The position numbers and the translations under genes are program-made. Below, piece after piece: positions 27,056-29,630 of a stretch of DNA of 29,630 nucleotides. Source of the stretch: Acidobacteriota bacterium. Lineage in GTDB: Bacteria > Acidobacteriota > Blastocatellia > Pyrinomonadales > Pyrinomonadaceae. The stretch spans positions 1-29,630 of the forward strand of contig JBDTSO010000001.1 of assembly GCA_039931085.1 (NCBI GenBank). Reading direction: 5' to 3'. Positions within the stretch are counted from its first letter, which is position 1, and every line of letters begins with the position of its first letter. The notes below the pieces were generated by a model. It saw nothing but the letters and a program-made list of their open reading frames with translations. It had not been told where the DNA came from and did no database searches.

Positions 27056-27063
27056 GAGGGAGA

Positions 27064-27753
27064 ATGGCGATGGTATATTTCGCTAAGTTCACGTTTATTT
27101 TTATCATATTGCTGACTCCGTTTTGTGATCGGCAAAAGATAGAACGAGGTATAAAGATGGAAACGGAAGAATCCTTAAATAAATCAGTCAAACTCAGCGG
27201 TAAAGTTGAGCGCAAAGATGGCGTATTGTCAATCAAATACGAGTTGACGAATCAAACGCCGAAAAAAATTTACGTTTACGACTTAATTCCGATTAGAGGA
27301 GAAGACGGAGAAGAAATTAAACACGATCTGGCTTATAGATGTTACGAAGAGCCGGATACGCTTCGGGTGGTTCGGGCAGTTCTGCCGTTGCCGACCGACC
27401 GCGAAGTTTTTATGAAGGAGATACCATACGTTCGCCCCGTCGAGCCGAACAAATCCGTTTCGGGGCAAATCGTTTTACCCGCGCCCGTTTTAGAGTACAA
27501 TCCGTATTATCCGCCGATGAATCTCGAAGATCAAAAAGAAGTTTCGATCAATAAAATTAAATTAATAATCGGCTGGACGGAAGTTCGCAGCGGAATGGAT
27601 ATTACTGATACGAACGTCGGAGGTGAAGAAGTTCAGATGATTCGCGGCGCGTGGGAAGCACCGCTTTATCGTTTGGCGGAAACGACTTTTTCCGCCGATG
27701 CTAAAATGAAAGTCAGAAATGAGCCTTTTGACCGACGACTGCCTGAACATTAA
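27064..27753 (+). CDS. Putative immunity protein, possibly a lipoprotein (orf229)
   Basis: It starts 8 nt after the vgrG stop, behind a GAGGGAG RBS. The N-terminus has Lys, a hydrophobic stretch and Cys21 (AKFTFIFIILLTPF-C). The body is beta-rich (LSIKYELTNQTPKKIYV). An alternative start at ATG 27157 has its own GAGGT RBS. Confidence 0.7.
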   Translation: MAMVYFAKFTFIFIILLTPFCDRQKIERGIKMETEESLNKSVKLSGKVERKDGVLSIKYELTNQTPKKIYVYDLIPIRGEDGEEIKHDLAYRCYEEPDTLRVVRAVLPLPTDREVFMKEIPYVRPVEPNKSVSGQIVLPAPVLEYNPYYPPMNLEDQKEVSINKIKLIIGWTEVRSGMDITDTNVGGEEVQMIRGAWEAPLYRLAETTFSADAKMKVRNEPFDRRLPEH

Positions 27754-27798
27754 ATTTATTTCAAGAAAAACTCAAAGTTTGAGAATCAAGGAGAAATT

Positions 27799-28293
27799 AT
27801 GCCGCCAGCCGCCAGAATAACCGATCCAGTTGCACATCCGCTGCCGCCTGTTCTAACCGGCGGACCGACTGCCGTAACCGTTATCATCGGATTCCTTCCG
27901 GCGTGGCGCGGAATCGGTCCCGCCATTGCCGCCGGTCTCAGCAACGGAAAAATTGAATCTGAAAAAAATATAAAAAAAGCTGAAGCCGAAACCAAACTGG
28001 CTACCGGAACGCCGGGTCAGAGTGCTGCCGAACTCCACGAAAAAAAAGTGAAATTTGAGGAAGCCGCGAAAATGGCGGCAACGATTTTAGCGGCGGCGGC
28101 AATGACAGATATTCATGTTTGTGCAACATTTCCGCCGCTTCCTCCGCACGGTCCTGGAGTAGACATCAAGCCGTCTACAACTGTTTTGGTCGCGGGAATG
28201 CCGGCATCACGGCAAGGCGACGAGATTTTAGAAGCCATCGGACCGCCGAATTTTATTTCGATGGGCTGCCCGACGGTTTTAATCGGTGGTTAA
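27799..28293 (+). CDS. PAAR spike-tip protein with an internal helical insertion
   Basis: The three PAAR repeats are PAARITD, PAWRG and PASRQGD. Likely Zn ligands are His13, His106/Cys108, His117 and Cys157. It ends in GCPTVLIGG and has an AAGGAG RBS. Confidence 0.9.
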   Translation: MPPAARITDPVAHPLPPVLTGGPTAVTVIIGFLPAWRGIGPAIAAGLSNGKIESEKNIKKAEAETKLATGTPGQSAAELHEKKVKFEEAAKMAATILAAAAMTDIHVCATFPPLPPHGPGVDIKPSTTVLVAGMPASRQGDEILEAIGPPNFISMGCPTVLIGG

Positions 28294-28298
28294 GTTTG

Positions 28299-28339
28299 AA
28301 AGGATAAGAAACAATAAAACCATTTCTTATCCTTTTTTT
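28299..28339. terminator. Bidirectional intrinsic terminator between PAAR and fumC
   Basis: AAAGGATAAGAAA (28299-28311) and TTTCTTATCCTTT (28323-28335) form a perfect 13-bp stem, followed by a T tract, between convergent genes. Confidence 0.8.
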
Positions 28340-28348
28340 CGTTTACCA

Positions 28349-29630
28349 TTACGGGTGCGTCATTTCTTCGGGTTTGACTAACTCATCAAATTTATCACCG
28401 TCCAAAATTCCGAGTTCAATTGCTGACTGTTTCAAACTCGTTCCTTTTTTATGCGCGTTTTTCGCAATTTTTGAAGCGTTATCATAACCGATATGCTGAT
28501 TCAACGCCGTCACCAACATTAATGAATCATTGAGATATTCATCAATTTGCGGGCGATTGAGTTCGATGCCGTTGATACAAAACTCGACAAATCCGTAACA
28601 CGCATCGTGAAGCAATCGAACCGAATGCAAAAAATTGTGAATCATCACGGGTTTGAAAACATTCAGTTCAAAATTTCCCTGCGAACCTGCAAAACCGATT
28701 GCCGCATCATTTCCTAAAACTTGCGCGGCGACCATCGTCATCGCTTCCGATTGCGTCGGATTTACTTTTCCCGGCATAATCGAACTTCCCGGTTCATTCT
28801 CCGGCAGAATCAATTCGCCGATGCCGCAGCGCGGACCCGACGCAAGCCAACGAATGTCGTTAGCAATTTTCATCAGCGAAGCCGCGAGAGTTTTCAACGC
28901 GCCGGACGCAAAAACGATTTCGTCGTGCGCCGATAAAGCCGCGAATTTGTTCGGATGCGAGCGAAACGGCAAATCCGTCAATTCGGCGATTTGTTTGGCG
29001 GCGCGTTCCGCAAATTCGGGATGCGAATTCAAACCCGTGCCGACCGCCGTGCCGCCGATTGCCAAATCGTAAAGTCCTTCCAAAGTCATTTTCAATCTAT
29101 CAATATCGCGCTCAATAAGGCTCGCCCAGCCGCCGAATTCCTGTCCGACGGTCAACGGTGTCGCGTCCTGCAAATGCGTTCTGCCGATTTTTACCACATC
29201 GGCAAATTCCCGTGCTTTCGCGTCAATCGCGTCGCGGACTTTCTGCACCTGCGGAATCAAAGCGTTCATCGTTTCAGCGGCGGCAATATACATCGCCGTC
29301 GGAAAAGTGTCATTTGAACTCTGCGACATATTCACGTCATCGTTCGGGTGAATCGGCTTTTTAGAACCGAGTTCGCCGCCTGCGATTTCGATAGCGCGAT
29401 TGGAAATCACTTCGTTCGCGTTCATATTCGTCTGTGTGCCGCTTCCCGTCTGCCAAACGCGCAGCGGAAAATGCGCGTCCAAATCGCCGTCAATCACTTC
29501 ATTCGCCGCCCGCACGATCAAATCCGTTTTATCGAGCGTCATTTTGTCCGATTTCAACTGATGATTGGCAATCGCGGCGGCTTTTTTCAAAATGCCAAGT
29601 GCGCGAATCATCTCACGCGGCATCACATCA
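28349..29630 (-). CDS. fumC: Class II fumarate hydratase, 5'-truncated by the window edge
   Basis: It contains [47 protein letters not shown] and the signature [15 protein letters not shown]. The frame stays open to the window end (…DVMPREMIR). Confidence 0.96.
   Translation of the reverse strand, partial: DVMPREMIRALGILKKAAAIANHQLKSDKMTLDKTDLIVRAANEVIDGDLDAHFPLRVWQTGSGTQTNMNANEVISNRAIEIAGGELGSKKPIHPNDDVNMSQSSNDTFPTAMYIAAAETMNALIPQVQKVRDAIDAKAREFADVVKIGRTHLQDATPLTVGQEFGGWASLIERDIDRLKMTLEGLYDLAIGGTAVGTGLNSHPEFAERAAKQIAELTDLPFRSHPNKFAALSAHDEIVFASGALKTLAASLMKIANDIRWLASGPRCGIGELILPENEPGSSIMPGKVNPTQSEAMTMVAAQVLGNDAAIGFAGSQGNFELNVFKPVMIHNFLHSVRLLHDACYGFVEFCINGIELNRPQIDEYLNDSLMLVTALNQHIGYDNASKIAKNAHKKGTSLKQSAIELGILDGDKFDELVKPEEMTHP

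Noticed and set aside
27001-27063. TTG start at 27001 for the gene after vgrG
   Set aside because: It overlaps the vgrG 3' end by 55 nt and encodes an Arg-rich nonsense-like leader. ATG 27064 has a good RBS.
28349-29630. fumC as a pseudogene or T6SS-linked gene
   Set aside because: The short N-terminus is just the window edge. All catalytic motifs are intact, and it is convergent with its own terminator.

Overview
Most of this window (6469-28293, all + strand) is a compact type VI secretion system (T6SS) cluster. Its order is tssK-tssL-tssM-tagJ-tssA-tssB-tssC-hcp-orf161-tssE-tssF-tssG-clpV-vgrG-orf229-PAAR. Left of it are a + strand block (truncated ICMT/PEMT-type methyltransferase, DUF3108, DUF4912, GH57 branching enzyme, divergent PyrE-like PRTase), a tRNA(CAU) that is probably Ile2, and two - strand genes (cyclophilin, MaoC dehydratase). 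Right of it is a convergent, 5'-truncated fumC. My impression from protein style and codon usage is an Acidobacteriota (Blastocatellia/Pyrinomonadaceae-like) host; this is unverified. I see no integrase, transposase or att repeat. The most interesting parts are: (1) an evolved VgrG ending in an NleD/M91-like HExxH metallopeptidase, followed by a candidate lipoprotein immunity gene; (2) an unrecognised Gly-rich 161-aa gene in the hcp-tssE slot with no immunity partner; (3) a PAAR split by a ~65-aa helical insertion; (4) a membrane complex with no tssJ and no peptidoglycan-binding domain, but a Ser/Asn/Thr-rich insert near the TssM C-terminus; and (5) recurrent intergenic hairpins and motifs (CAGATAAT, ACAATCGGGTT, heptamer repeats). 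All family assignments come from motifs recognised by eye; no database searches were run.
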